DNA of 44,153 nucleotides, taken from NCBI RefSeq assembly GCF_001194135.2, contig NC_068983.1:51040452-51084604 (forward strand), written 5' to 3'. Origin of the DNA: Octopus bimaculoides (taxonomy: Eukaryota). Shown piece by piece: positions 22,854-36,184 of the stretch (its first letter is position 1; the number at the start of each line of letters is the position of its first letter). Both the position numbers and the translations under genes were made by a program. A model generated the notes under the pieces. That model was not told where the DNA came from and made no database searches. It saw only the letters and a program-made list of their open reading frames with translations.

Positions 22854-23395
22854 ACATATTATGCATAGTGTACTTAAAGCAACTTATCATAGTAATAAAT
22901 TGCACTTTAATGGTTACTGATTGGCTTAAACTGTTTACCAATTAAAATTTATATTATTGTATATTTGGTTTTCAACTACAATTTTCTCATAACAGTTATA
23001 TTTATTAAATTTCACAGTATTTTTGAAACGCTACAGGTAACATTTATATATATATATATATGTGCGTGTGTGTGTATCATTATTGCTTTATGGATATCCA
23101 TTGCAACGATAAGTAGCTTAAACAGAAATGTACTTTACCATCAACTATGATTTAATCGATGCTATTTAAATGGTCGTTAAGATTATAATTATCAAACTGT
23201 TTGCTTAAGGTTTTTGATATCATTTGGCGAAACGGTGGAATGTTTTACAATATTTGCGTGTATCTGGCAAAATAATGGACGTTAATTACCTCAGCTAAAT
23301 AGAACCATTTCTCATATTAACCATATCCAACGCAAAAATTATTGTCTTTAGTGAACCTACGTTGTGTAATGTACCCTCAATATAATTCATTCTTT

Positions 23396-23571
23396 AAGGC
23401 GGTGAATTGACAGAAACCGGGTGAAATGATTTGCGGTATAACGTCTATCTTTACATTCTGAGCTAAGATTCCGCCGAGGTCCACTATGCCTTTCATCCTT
23501 ACACCGTCGATAAAGTAAATACCAGTTACGTACTAAGGCCGATGTAATAGACTGAAATAATAATAGAAATA
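23396..23571 (+). mobile_element. SINE family B copy with a 14-bp TSD
   Basis: ATAATTCATTCTTT at 23382-23395 and 23572-23585. The body matches the 17768 copy. Confidence 0.8.
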
Positions 23572-24102
23572 ATAATTCATTCTTTTGTGCATCATATTCG
23601 CGGTGGAGATTATGGTTTTATACCTACATGCAATTTTTCTTCATATTTGTTTCAGACAAAAATTGCTACCTACGTCAACCGAAAATGTTTCGCCATCAAC
23701 TAAATTGATGATACAATAAAAATGCTTTTGCTAATAAGTTCTTATATGTAATTTGATAACCGATATATTTATTCATTGCGAAATTAAATAAAGCACATAT
23801 GAGAGATTTCATATATTTTTCAAAGTTTCTTGGTAATCATTCATGAAGAAACGAAGGGAACATTCTACCCCAATGGTGAATCACGTATTGGAACAGAAAA
23901 AAGTGCCAGTTGCCTGCGCATATACTTCGTCAGTTGCATTCAAAAGAGAGCAGGTGCGTCATGACAAAGGGACTAATATCCGCTTCACTACACAGGTAGT
24001 ATATAAAATACACATGCACACGCACTTACACACACGTATATATACATATAAATATATATATGCACACACATATACATATATTCACACAAATCCTCTTCAC
24101 TA

Positions 24103-24144
<42 letters not shown>

Positions 24145-24145
<1 letters not shown>

Positions 24146-24252
24146 GGATAATTCAGAAAATCAACATATAAAGACAGGTGGTGTAGAAAACAAATAGATG
24201 TATTAGTATAACGCTCGGGAATTGAAAAAGTCTTTAACGTTTCGAGCCTACG
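24145..24252 (-). mobile_element. Third copy of family H2; the hammerhead is cut by the gap at 24253
   Basis: GACAGGTGGTGTA...GATGTATTAGTATAACGCTCGGGAAT...AAAGTCTTTAACGTTTCGAGCCTACG matches 10585-10663. Minus strand reads CGUAG GCUC GAAAC GUU / AAAGA. Confidence 0.85.
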
Positions 24253-24886
24253 NNNNNNNNNNNNNNNNNNNNNNNNNNNNNNNNNNNNNNNNNNNNNNNN
24301 NNNNNNNNNNNNNNNNNNNNNNNNNNNNNNNNNNNNNNNNNNNNNNNNNNNNNNNNNNNNNNNNNNNNNNNNNNNNNNNNNNNNNNNNNNNNNNNNNNNN
24401 NNNNNNNNNNNNNNNNNNNNNNNNNNNNNNNNNNNNNNNNNNNNNNNNNNNNNNNNNNNNNNNNNNNNNNNNNNNNNNNNNNNNNNNNNNNNNNNNNNNN
24501 NNNNNNNNNNNNNNNNNNNNNNNNNNNNNNNNNNNNNNNNNNNNNNNNNNNNNNNNNNNNNNNNNNNNNNNNNNNNNNNNNNNNNNNNNNNNNNNNNNNN
24601 NNNNNNNNNNNNNNNNNNNNNNNNNNNNNNNNNNNNNNNNNNNNNNNNNNNNNNNNNNNNNNNNNNNNNNNNNNNNNNNNNNNNNNNNNNNNNNNNNNNN
24701 NNNNNNNNNNNNNNNNNNNNNNNNNNNNNNNNNNNNNNNNNNNNNNNNNNNNNNNNNNNNNCAACGTTATATATATATATATATATATATAGTTATATAT
24801 ATATAGGATTTGAAAATACATGGATCTTCTAATGATGTTTATTGAATTGATAAGTCTCACATTTTGAGACACAAAATCAAAGGTAT

Positions 24887-25585
24887 TGTGAAAGGCTTTG
24901 TGTAGCCGTTGTGGTGTTAAAACTTAGTTAACATAGATGTATTAAAAAACAGTGAAAGAGTGTTTGGCAATGATCAGAAATTTTAAGAGAGGCTTTGTGT
25001 TTGAACAGTTTACATACTAATATCATCCAGTCCCGGTGCCTTGCCAATGCAAATAGCATCGAAAATCTTTAATTAGCTTTTTGACAAGTGACTATACAAA
25101 CTTCAACACTGCAAGACATTCCACAGTGTCTAGCTCACTATCAGACAGAGTCTTCCCAAGGAAACTGAAGTCAGAGCAAGTCACATCTAATCTTTCCATC
25201 TGCTTGCATCAAAATAGGCAATAAAATCAATTCATAAATGTTTATAAGTTCATTAGAAATCATAAATCATAAGAATCTAAAATTCTTATAAACAATTATG
25301 ATTTATGATGAAAATTTGAGAAAGCAATACACGCTTTCCCATATCAAATACTGTCTACGAATTGTTTCTGTATATATGCTTATAAACAATTATGATTTCT
25401 GATGAACCTATAAACAGTTATTTACTTATTCTATTGCCTCTTTCGAACACTTTTATGTAAGCTGTTTAAACACAAAACCTCTCATAACATTTTCTTATCA
25501 TTGTCAAAGACTCTATCACTGTATTTTAATACATCTATGTTAACTAATTTGTAACACTGCAAGGGCTACACAAAGCCTTGCACTT
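24887..25585. repeat. Degenerate foldback built from a LINE fragment
   Basis: 24887-25017 is inverted against ~25454-25585, and 25211-25265 against 25390-25444 (25234-25265 / 25390-25421 match at 29/32). The minus strand of the left arm encodes GKAPGLDDI (25019-25045) and LFFNTSM (24932-24952), which resemble the pre-RT region of LINE ORF2. Confidence 0.7.
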
Positions 25586-26576
25586 TACTTTTGTATATAT
25601 ATATATTTTAAAGTGAAACCAGTCAAGTCAATAAACAAATTTAAAAGACCCCGGCATTATTAAATCCTCTTCCCTACATATTTTAACGCGGGAGGTATCT
25701 TCCAATTTCGCTTTGTTATATATATGCATATATACGTTCCGGCGTCAGCTGAATTTTCTTCAGAACAATCTTTTCTTAGTGGTCAGACGATAAGTGGTCT
25801 TCTTCTACCATAATGGCATAATGGATGTCCACTTAGTGGTCATCACCCTTACATTTATGTAATAATTTTTTTCTGAATCTTCAGATTTTTCAATATGCTA
25901 GGCCACTGGTTTAAATTGATATTAATCAGATTANNNNNNNNNNNNNNNNNNNNNNNNNNNNNNNNNNNNNNNNNNNNNNNNNNNNNNNNNNNNNNNNNNN
26001 NNNNNNNNNNNNNNNNNNNNNNNNNNNNNNNNNNNNNNNNNNNNNNNNNNNNNNNNNNNNNNNNNNNNNNNNNNNNNNNNNNNNNNNNNNNNNNNNNNNN
26101 NNNNNNNNNNNNNNNNNNNNNNNNNNNNNNNNNNNNNNNNNNNNNNNNNNNNNNNNNNNNNNNNNNNNNNNNNNNNNNNNNNNNNNNNNNNNNNNNNNNN
26201 NNNNNNNNNNNNNNNNNNNNNNNNNNNNNNNNNNNNNNNNNNNNNNNNNNNNNNNNNNNNNNNNNNNNNNNNNNNNNNNNNNNNNNNNNNNNNNNNNNNN
26301 NNNNNNNNNNNNNNNNNNNNNNNNNNNNNNNNNNNNNNNNNNNNNNNNNNNNNNNNNNNNNNNNNNNNNNNNNNNNNNNNNNNNNNNNNNNNNNNNNNNN
26401 NNNNNNNNNNNNNNNNNNNNNNNNNNNNNNNNNNNNNNNNNNNNNNNNNNNNNNNNNNNNNNNNNNNNNNNNNNNNNNNNNNNNNNNNNNNNNNNNNNNN
26501 NNNNNNNNNNNNNNNNNNNNNNNNNNNNNNNNNNGATATGGCAGAGAAATCTGCGTATACTAACCGGGAGTGAATA

Positions 26577-26876
26577 ATTATTACAAATTAAAAGGGTAAA
26601 TGATTATCAATTTATTAATTAATAAATCAATTAATAATTAATAATTTTTTTACCAAGCCCATCGGTATGAAAGCACCATTATTGGTGGAGAACTTATTCA
26701 AAAGCTCATATATATTTATAAATATAATTAAGGGATCAGCAAATATTTGCTTCACCATATACCGAAGTTCAGAAATGTGCTTTCATACCGATGGGCTTGG
26801 TAAAAGAATTATTAATTATTAATTGATTTATTAATTAATAAATTGATAATCCTTTACCCTTTTAATTTGTAATAAT
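26577..26876. mobile_element. Palindromic MITE: 100-bp arms (98/100) and a 100-bp spacer
   Basis: 26577-26676 against the reverse complement of 26777-26876 shows two mismatches. A TA TSD is possible (26579-80 / 26873-74) but ambiguous in this AT-rich context. Confidence 0.85.
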
Positions 26877-26986
26877 ATGTATATATGTATATATGTATAT
26901 ATATATGAATATATGTATATATATGTGTATACATATATGTATATATACAAATATGTATATATACAAAGCAAATTGGAATATTATGG

Positions 26987-27171
26987 AATATCATCTAGTC
27001 CCGTTTTTTTTTTTTGTAAATAGAAATACCATCGAAAATCTTTAATCAGCTTTACGACAAGTGGATATACAAACACTTCAAAACACTTCTAGTGTCTAGC
27101 TCGCTATGAGACAGGGTCTTCTCGATGAAACTGAAGTGAGAGCAATTCACTGCTAACCTTTCCATCTGCTT
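26987..27171 (-). repeat. Diverged direct copy of 25019-25205
   Basis: Shared blocks AATATCATC(C/T)AGTCCCG, CATCGAAAATCTTTAAT, GTGTCTAGCTC, GAAACTGAAGT and TTTCCATCTGCTT. Confidence 0.8.
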
Positions 27172-27444
27172 ACAGTGATTATTACACTGTCGTCGATGAT
27201 GGACTTCATGGTGGGCCGATGGCCTTCCTCACTACTTAGTACACTGCATTTACATACACGCACTTATGTTTGTAAATAATGTTATGTATACGTTGTTGAT
27301 TATTTCTAATTGTAAAGCGATTTGACTGAATCAGCAGAGAACGGACATTGCGAATATATTTTATTTTTGTGTTTTAATTTCAAACCAGAAATTATATAAC
27401 CAAACATTGAACTTATAAAATTACATGCAAAGAATACGCACGGG

Positions 27445-27481
27445 CATACACACACAGACACACACAGAACAGACACACACA

Positions 27482-27552
<71 letters not shown>

Positions 27553-27612
27553 ATGACTTCCCCACACATACATACATTCAGACACACATACACTCAAACA
27601 TACACTCACTCA
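27445..27612. repeat. (CA)n microsatellite
   Basis: Read directly. Confidence 0.95.
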
Positions 27613-28932
27613 CATAAATATATATGTACATACATAAAAATGTACACACACTTTCACATATACAAATAATGAAAAAAACCGTTTATCATGTTTATCGCAA
27701 CTTCTACAAAAGCAAAATGATTCCCAGAGTAAATTAAACTAAACTTGCGTTTCAAACCGTTTCCTCAGTCAATGTTTACGAAAGTTTCAAATTGTGAGAT
27801 ATTCATCATACCATCTCTCTCTTTCTAGTTTCCTCTCTCTCTCTCCCTCTCTCCCTCTCTCTCTGTCNNNNNNNNNNNNNNNNNNNNNNNNNNNNNNNNN
27901 NNNNNNNNNNNNNNNNNNNNNNNNNNNNNNNNNNNNNNNNNNNNNNNNNNNNNNNNNNNNNNNNNNNNNNNNNNNNNNNNNNNNNNNNNNNNNNNNNNNN
28001 NNNNNNNNNNNNNNNNNNNNNNNNNNNNNNNNNNNNNNNNNNNNNNNNNNNNNNNNNNNNNNNNNNNNNNNNNNNNNNNNNNNNNNNNNNNNNNNNNNNN
28101 NNNNNNNNNNNNNNNNNNNNNNNNNNNNNNNNNNNNNNNNNNNNNNNNNNNNNNNNNNNNNNNNNNNNNNNNNNNNNNNNNNNGGACATTCATAGAGTAT
28201 ATAAATTGTGATTATTGATATACGTTACAGTAGCACTTTTATCTGCTGTTTATAAGATAGAGTTCAATATATATTATAAAAGAAAACAACATTTTATTAT
28301 ATCACACAAAATATGATGACAGATCTTCAGATCTTTCACCACTTATAATTTAGAAATATAGCCAAAACAGTATAGCTGATACGATATATGTAATCGATAC
28401 GATATATGTAATACGAGAATAGTGTTTAAAACATTTAAAATCACATGAATCATATCACAAAATGTGAAGTATTTGTCCGTCAAGTGTTACTAAAAGAAGG
28501 AGAAATTTCTAAATATTCTGTTTTATATATCTCTAAAGATTATGTAGTTCTATGCATTTTCTAATATATACTGAAACATGTGACACTTAGTGTACTCACT
28601 GCGTTTACACATACACACAAGTAAACGCACAAGTTCACACTCAAGCACACACAGACATATACAAACACACGCACACGTATATAGGAATGTATTCCATGAA
28701 CACTAGTCGCAATCATTATTTCAATGAGAAACAATAAATGTACATAAATGAACATGATGTCTTTATATATTTATCTTCCCCAACATACATAAAGTAATTC
28801 ATGTTAAAATCAGATAATCTCGATTAAAAATACTATTGTCGGACAGCTGTGTACTTATCAGAAAAGCTATGATGAAAATAAAATCACATTTTCACACATC
28901 TACCAAGAACTGTTCACACGTATATATATATG

Positions 28933-28967
<35 letters not shown>

Positions 28968-29791
28968 NNNNNNNNNNNNNNNNNNNNNNNNNNNNNNNNN
29001 NNNNNNNNNNNNNNNNNNNNNNNNNNNNNNNNNNNNNNNNNNNNNNNNNNNNNNNNNNNNNNNNNNNNNNNNNNNNNNNNNNNNNNNNNNNNNNNNNNNN
29101 NNNNNNNNNNNNNNNNNNNNNNNNNNNNNNNNNNNNNNNNNNNNNNNNNNNNNNNNNNNNNNNNNNNNNNNNNNNNNNNNNNNNNNNNNNNNNNNNNNNN
29201 NNNNNNNNNNNNNNNNNNNNNNNNNNNNNNNNNNNNNNNNNNNNNNNNNNNNNNNNNNNNNNNNNNNNNNNNNNNNNNNNNNNNNNNNNNNNNNNNNNNN
29301 NNNNNNNNNNNNNNNNNNNNNNNNNNNNNNNNNNNNNNNNNNNNNNNNNNNNNNNNNNNNNNNNNNNNNNNNNNNNNNNNNNNNNNNNNNNNNNNNNNNN
29401 NNNNNNNNNNNNNNNNNNNNNNNNNNNNNNNNNNNNNNNNNNNNNNNNNNNNNNNNNNNNNNNNNNNNNNNNNNNNNNNNNNNNNNNNNNNNNNNNNNNN
29501 NNNNNNNNNNNNNNNNNNNNNNNNNNNNNNNNNNNNNNNNNNNNNNNNNNNNNNNNNNNNNNNNNNNNNNNNNNNNNNNNNNNNNNNNNNNNNNNNNNNN
29601 NNNNNNNNNNNNNNNNNNNNNNNNNNNNNNNNNNNNNNNNNNNNNNNNNNNNNNNNNNNNNNNNNNNNNNNNNNNNNNNNNNNNNNNNNNNNNNNNNNNN
29701 NNNNNNNNNNNNNNNNNNNNNNNNNNNNNNNNNNNNNNNNNNNNNNNNNNNNNNNNNNNNNNNNNNNNNNNNNNNNNNNNNNNNNNNNNNN

Positions 29792-29829
<38 letters not shown>

Positions 29830-29854
29830 CCACACGCACTCATATTTATACATG

Positions 29855-29886
<32 letters not shown>

Positions 29887-29899
29887 CCCTTGCTCTTTC

Positions 29900-30305
29900 T
29901 CTTTTACTTGTTTCAGTCATTTAACTGCGGCCATGCTGGAGCACCGCTTTTAGTCGAGCAAATCGACCCCATGACTTAATATTTGGAAGCTTAGTTCTTA
30001 TTCTATCGGTCTCTTTTGCCGAACCGCTAATTTACAAGTACGTATACACACCAGCATTGATTGTCAAGCGATGTTGGGGTGGGGACAAGCACAGACACAC
30101 AAACATATACACGCACATACATATATATATATACATATACACGACGGGTTTCTTTCAGTTTCCGTCTACCAAATCCACTCACAAGTCTTTGGTCGGCCCG
30201 AGGATATAGTAGAAGACACTTGCCCAAGGTGTCGCGCAGCGGGACTGAACCCAGAACCATGTGGTTTGTAAGCAAGCTACTTACCACACAGCCACTCCTG
30301 CGCCT
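29900..30305 (-). mobile_element. Full-length tRNA-derived SINE family A with an internal microsatellite
   Basis: Minus strand starts AGGCGCAGGAGTGGCTGTGTGGTAAG (A-box-like) and has GGTTCAGTCCC (B-box-like), followed by ACCTTGGGCAAGT. Ends TGACTGAAACAAGTAAAAG. Collinear with 41196-41596. Confidence 0.9.
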
Positions 30306-30546
30306 TATATATAAAATGATAGATACTCAGAATGGATAAATAAGATCTAGGACTACTCTTAATTTTCATTGGAAATTGTACAAAAGCATTCAACGAGATC
30401 TTGTTAAAGAGACTGAGGGCAGAGATCGCAATAAATGCAATATGTAGAGTTTCACGCATTCCAACATATTGCAAATATCTCGTTATCTTTAGGTCTATGT
30501 ATCTATCTATCACTCTCTTTCATTTTATCTCTCACTTATTCCCCAT

Positions 30547-30579
30547 TCACACGCAGACACACACACACGCACACACACA

Positions 30580-30626
<47 letters not shown>

Positions 30627-30675
30627 GAATATATATATGTATGTATATATATATATACATATATATATGTATGTA

Positions 30676-30733
<58 letters not shown>

Positions 30734-30900
30734 TATATATATTATATGTATATATGTCTCCCTCTCTTTATATGTGCATATATAGGTATTTACATATGTG
30801 CATTTATATATGCATACACATATGCACATCTCTCTCTCATTATATATATGTGTGGGCGCGTGTGTGTGTGCGCGTGCTTATGCGTTTGTGTGTGTGTGTA
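30547..30900. repeat. Compound (CA)n-(TA)n-(TG)n microsatellite
   Basis: Read directly. Confidence 0.9.
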
Positions 30901-33785
30901 TTAGAAACACATATATGCATGCATTATTGTTTTTTGATGTATATATAACAAAACCTAAATACACCTATTTTGAGAACATATATTTATCATTGTTCATTAG
31001 CACAGACGTTAATTTCTAAGACGTTGGCACGTTTTAATTCCTATCACTAATTCATATGAAATATTTTTCTAATATTTCACACCATATGTTTTTTGTAATA
31101 TTAGTTGACACATCGTTGATTCAAATATCTCTTGTTTTTTGCAAAATAATATTTTTTTCTTATCATTATTTGTATTATCTAGTATTTATTCAATTATTTG
31201 GTTTACTTTAAACATTCGCAAATATATTTTGTTGCGTCTTATTAATGAAAGCATGATTTCTATCTTCCGTCTAATCTTCCAGTCTGTTAATTTCCTGCTG
31301 TATATATAGAAAGCGTATGTTTGTATATAAGTCATTATTCTTTCGTTATTGCACACTCATGTTTCATATGCGATTTTTACACCATGACATCATTGTTCAT
31401 AATGTTGTTAGGAAAGGCACATTTACAACTGACATGATTTACAGCACAAAACCTAAATCCGTGTTTCCAATAATGTCATTGGTTTGTTATGAAGCTTACT
31501 GTTACAATGTACGAGGTTTTCGCAGGCGATTGATTCAATTTCATTTGGAAAATATGTCTCGCGGATTCTTCAAACTTGTATAAGAAAGCCAAACTGTGGT
31601 CTATCTTCTGTTGATATGAATCATATCTGCTGACTGACAGGAACATTTTAAATGATATATGCACACATGCTGTCACTCTAGTATAGTGTAATTCAAAGTG
31701 CTTATATGGCGATGTGTTTATCAACTTGAAATGTGATATGCGCTAGAATTGAACAATCAGTGTGTGTGTCGTCTGGTCAACCGCTGAGTTTATTTGCTTC
31801 TATCACTGCAATAAGTTAGCTCATGTTGCAATGGTGTATTAAACAACTAGGCCTGTTAATTTATACTGCATATACTATAAAATAATCGAATTACACTGAA
31901 ATATTTACATGCTGCACTGAGACCTTTAAGTATTAATAAGTGATTTAAGTTCAATAGATGATTTTAAAGAGCTATAATATGCATTGTACATTATGAATTT
32001 AGTGCTCAAACGTATAAGTATATTTTTTTATCTTTAACTTGTTCAAGATTCAGCGGTTAACGTTACGTTAGTAAATATCTCAATAGAAAATTAAACACGA
32101 ATTTCAATAGGATTTCTGTTATTTTAAGTGGGATTAATTCAGGCGTGTAACAGTGAATAGTTCATCTCAGCCCTAGGTGTCTGGATAGAGAGAGATATAT
32201 CTACGAGTATTCATTAAAGTAATTTATGAGATTTCTATTATATTTTTTGGTAATTTTCGTACAATGAATATAAGAGAAATATGGCAAACTTCTTCTACTG
32301 CGATCATCCATTCAAGTCCCTTACTAGTATTTTCCAATATAGAAAAATGGTTTTATAAGAATCGGCGGGAACAGAGTATATTTCATTGATAATATCACAT
32401 TTCTTACTGGGTTAATATTAGCTTTTATGAAGTGATATTACTGGTTATAGTTTTATATAATGATATTTTCTGATTGAATTTATAATTTAAGTTAATGAAT
32501 ATTTTGTCTCCATTACAATAGCTCGTTTGTGCTCACATAACTGTATATTTCCCATCAGATGTTCAACATTATTGGCCACGAATCCTAATTTTACGCATAG
32601 CCAGGGCAGATTATTACCTCGCAAACGAAGTGAAAAGGTCAATGAAAAATTACATTTAGGCCAGTATATATTGTGATATCAACGATATTTCTTTAAAATT
32701 ACCAGTAAATGAAATGTTATAAAATCAGAAAGTAATAATTATGTAATAATTTGTAATGGAAACGTTATCGCATTATTATTTTCCAATGAACTAGCATTTC
32801 ATTTTCGGTATATAAATGACACAGTTACGTTCCAGTGGCACTAAATCCATAGTATTTCTCACTTTCACTCGTTAAAATGCAGACCAGTCATGTTCTTAGG
32901 TTTCATCTATCGACTGCAACTCATTCCTATATTTTCTGGCCTTGAGCCAAAATACGAAATCAATATTTTCTTTGGCAACAAAAAGTGTAACATTAAAAGC
33001 AGTAATAATTATATAAATAACAACAGCAACGTCAACACGAAGTAGAACAACTTTAATTTTTGAATATATTCCAACTGAATTTTCTGCTCTCTGAGGTGAA
33101 AGAAAATAAATTTAGATTCCTACTATTGCCTTCATCTAAAACTTGACTCATTCATTCGTCAAAGCAAAAGCGATTCGTTTTATGAATCAGCTCATCATAA
33201 GCTTCCAATATAAGACTGAAAGCAAATAAATACTTTCGATAGAAGTTTATACAGCTTCAAATAAGGACGGAAAGCAGTATTGGCCAATAGTCAAACTGCC
33301 TCGAATATTATCGAACGCTTTATTTAATGACTCCAAAGAAATGAGAACTGAGAACATCAAAGCCAACGCATGTATCAGCATTTTTATTGGTGAAGTATCA
33401 TCCCTCTGAATACTGCATTAAACGGTCATTTGAGCTAAGATTGTACTAAGATTAACTATTCTTTTTTACGAGGGACATTACGTTCTGGTTTGATATTCTA
33501 CGTATAATGGTAAAGGATCAGATATTAGGTAATAGTTCAAAGATCCAACAATGGTGCTGAATGTGAGTATAAACATTAAATATATACGATCATCGAAACA
33601 ACTTGATGTGTTTTATTACCTAGAGCCAGACTTAGATACATTCATACATTTAACATATACACAAAAACAGAAGCGCACCCATACACAACCTCATATAAAA
33701 TACATATATAATTTTTGTACATGAGTATGCGTGTACATATACATGTATAGGTATGTGTGTTTGTGTATGTTTGTATATATGTGTG

Positions 33786-33788
<3 letters not shown>

Positions 33789-33855
<67 letters not shown>
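33789..33855. repeat. (TA)n microsatellite
   Basis: Read directly. Confidence 0.95.
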
Positions 33856-33856
<1 letters not shown>

Positions 33857-34702
33857 GCAAGACTAAGAGAAAGTGAAAGAAGTATACATCTCAGTGCGTG
33901 TTCCTGCATTTTAACACATTCCTTCAGATGTATATGTATATATTGTTGTATACACACAAACCGATGAGTGCATAGAAACAGCGTATATAGATTCTCCTCA
34001 AAACAATACAAATATATTGGATGAGGTTATTGCATGTATCACAATTTTATATTATATGCAAACTGAGCTAGAGTGTTGTGTATTGATTGCATATGTATGG
34101 TCGTATAACTATGTTTTTCTCTCAAAATATATTATGTACAATGCAATACACATGATGTTTCTCAGATAGCAAATATGTAAAAACGAAATGTACTAACTTT
34201 AATGACTTCATATATAGCATGTTACCTTCTCCTGTGTACATTTTATATGTAAGTATATTGTGCCAACATAGACGCACACAGGGAAATATAAATTACCAAG
34301 CACATGTATTTATAAATATATGCATAGACATGTATATAAGAATGTATATATATATATATGTGTGTGTGTGTGTATGTGTGTGTGTGTGTGTGCGTGTTTG
34401 AGCATGTGTGCATGTATGTTTATATATATTTATCGCTAGGTATTTATCTATACACCCCACATATACATACATATATGCAAACACACATACACACACACAC
34501 ATATATAATTATTCCGCTTAGCTATAACGGTAACGATTGATATTGCTGAGAACTATCCTTCCAATATTGGAAAATCCGGCGGCAAACAAATGTGTATTGT
34601 CAATTTTTTTGTTTGAGAAAGAGATCGGACTCTAATAAGCAACTAAAATTAAGTATTGTGAGTGATATTAACCAATAGTTCAAGTAATAATGATCATATA
34701 TT

Positions 34703-34915
34703 CTTTTGTACTCTTGGCACAATGCCCGACATTTTTGGGGAAGTGGGTGCCAGTCGATTAGATGGACTCCAGTACGCAACTGGTACTTAATCTATCGACC
34801 CTTAAATGATGAAAGGCAAATCGACCTCGTCGGAATTTGAACTCAAAACGTAAAGACAGACGTAAGCATTTCACCCGGCTTGCTAACGTTTCTCCCAGCT
34901 CGCCGCCTTACAAAA
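34703..34915 (-). mobile_element. SINE family B copy with an 11-bp TSD
   Basis: GATCATATATT at 34692-34702 and 34916-34926. The minus-strand head is AAGGCGGCGAGCTGGGAGAAACGTTAGC. Confidence 0.85.
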
Positions 34916-36134
34916 GATCATATATTACTAACCTACAGCTGTTTCAGTTATTAGAATCCGTGCACGAAATCTGATTGTTAATGAAATAAACTGATGATTT
35001 ATATCACCTTGGCATATGTATAGCATTCTTGTTTGTGAGATGATTATTATACCCTATTTCGCTTGCAATCAATTGAAACCTCGTAAAAAAAGATTCTATC
35101 TTTAATCCAATGCGTCAAGCCATAATTATCTATGAAGCTCCATGCAGTAATTAAGCTATAAAAACAACTGATGTTGTATAGGTATAATTACTACTAAATA
35201 TAACTTAGCACAACGTGTGATAAGAGCAAAGAAAAGACGATGGAGATTCTAACATTAAGGATATCGGTGGATACTTTGTTAGAATAAAATCTTTTGTCTT
35301 CTATCTATACTATTTTAAAATGTTATAAAATATTCTTGACTATAACGGAAAGAAACGGGGATTTAATAAACACCCACACTTTTCAGTTCAGGGTCAAAAA
35401 TTACAACTTGTATAAAATAGTGAGAAATTCGCTTTTATCCTTATTGATCATCTTTATTACACATTTTATAAAGTTTAGAGATCACTGGATACTTTTAGGC
35501 AGATGAAAGTAAACGAAACGTACCGGAGCAATTTTGATAGCAATAACATAACCACTGAAACTAACGTGTTTCCATTATTAGAAGTAGAGCCAACTGTTTA
35601 TCGACGAGGAAAATGAGGAAAGTTATGTAAAACTACCTCAAATACATCTTTCGGATAATGAAAAGCAAACTTTCGTCATTGACACTAACAAACAATAATT
35701 TGAGAGAATAGTTAATACATGAATCTGTAAAAGTCTTACAAACTGAATATGATTTATAATTGATCGAGATGCTATGGAAAAGGTAGCTCAGTTTGAAAAT
35801 TCAAAGCTCTAGAATCCCCGACGAACATTCTGTAACGCATGGGCATGTATGAGATAGATGTTAAGTAGAACTCAAAAACAAAATTCCTGAATTCTCTGAG
35901 ATAAATTTCAGTAGACTCATAAAAATATTATAAGGCAATCATTTACGATCGTGAAGGTTAAATTGTGTAGAAAATTTACAAACACTCCACTGCAATGTTT
36001 GATAGCTTATTTACGTTCCTCACGAACTGTCGATGTGAGTAAAATACACGTTGAAAAACTGCCTCTAGGTATGAAATGCGATTAGTTAGTAAAAACGTTC
36101 ATTATTGTTAGAAATTACTATTCCTTAAATACAT

Positions 36135-36184
36135 CCGCCCTAAATTGACGCTGAGTCACGAAGTAGAGGCTGCAGTATAAAAAG
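36135..36184 (+). promoter_or_regulatory. Candidate Pol II core promoter (GC box, CRE half-site, AP-1/ARE, TATA)
   Basis: CCGCCC 36135-36140, TGACG 36146-36150, GCTGAGTCAC 36150-36159 and TATAAAAAG 36176-36184. Motif clustering only. Confidence 0.3.

Noticed and set aside
25398-25404. CTGATGA core heptamer (also 6484, 2812, 7221 and others)
   Set aside because: No stem II followed by GAAA.
27735-27772. Minus-strand CUGAGGA...GAAAC-GCAA-GUU
   Set aside because: Stem II has only 2 A-U pairs and stem I one pair; single copy; consistent with chance.
32255-32380. Peptide IEKWFYKNRREQ resembling homeodomain helix 3
   Set aside because: Spacing is off by one (WFxKNRR), helices 1-2 are absent and the ORF is only about 41 aa.
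33254-33388. Open 135-nt AG..GT segment (SNKDGKQYWPIVK...) and the similar QHYWP peptide near 32540
   Set aside because: The resemblance to the PTP QYWP motif has no other PTP motifs around it, and the donors are weak.
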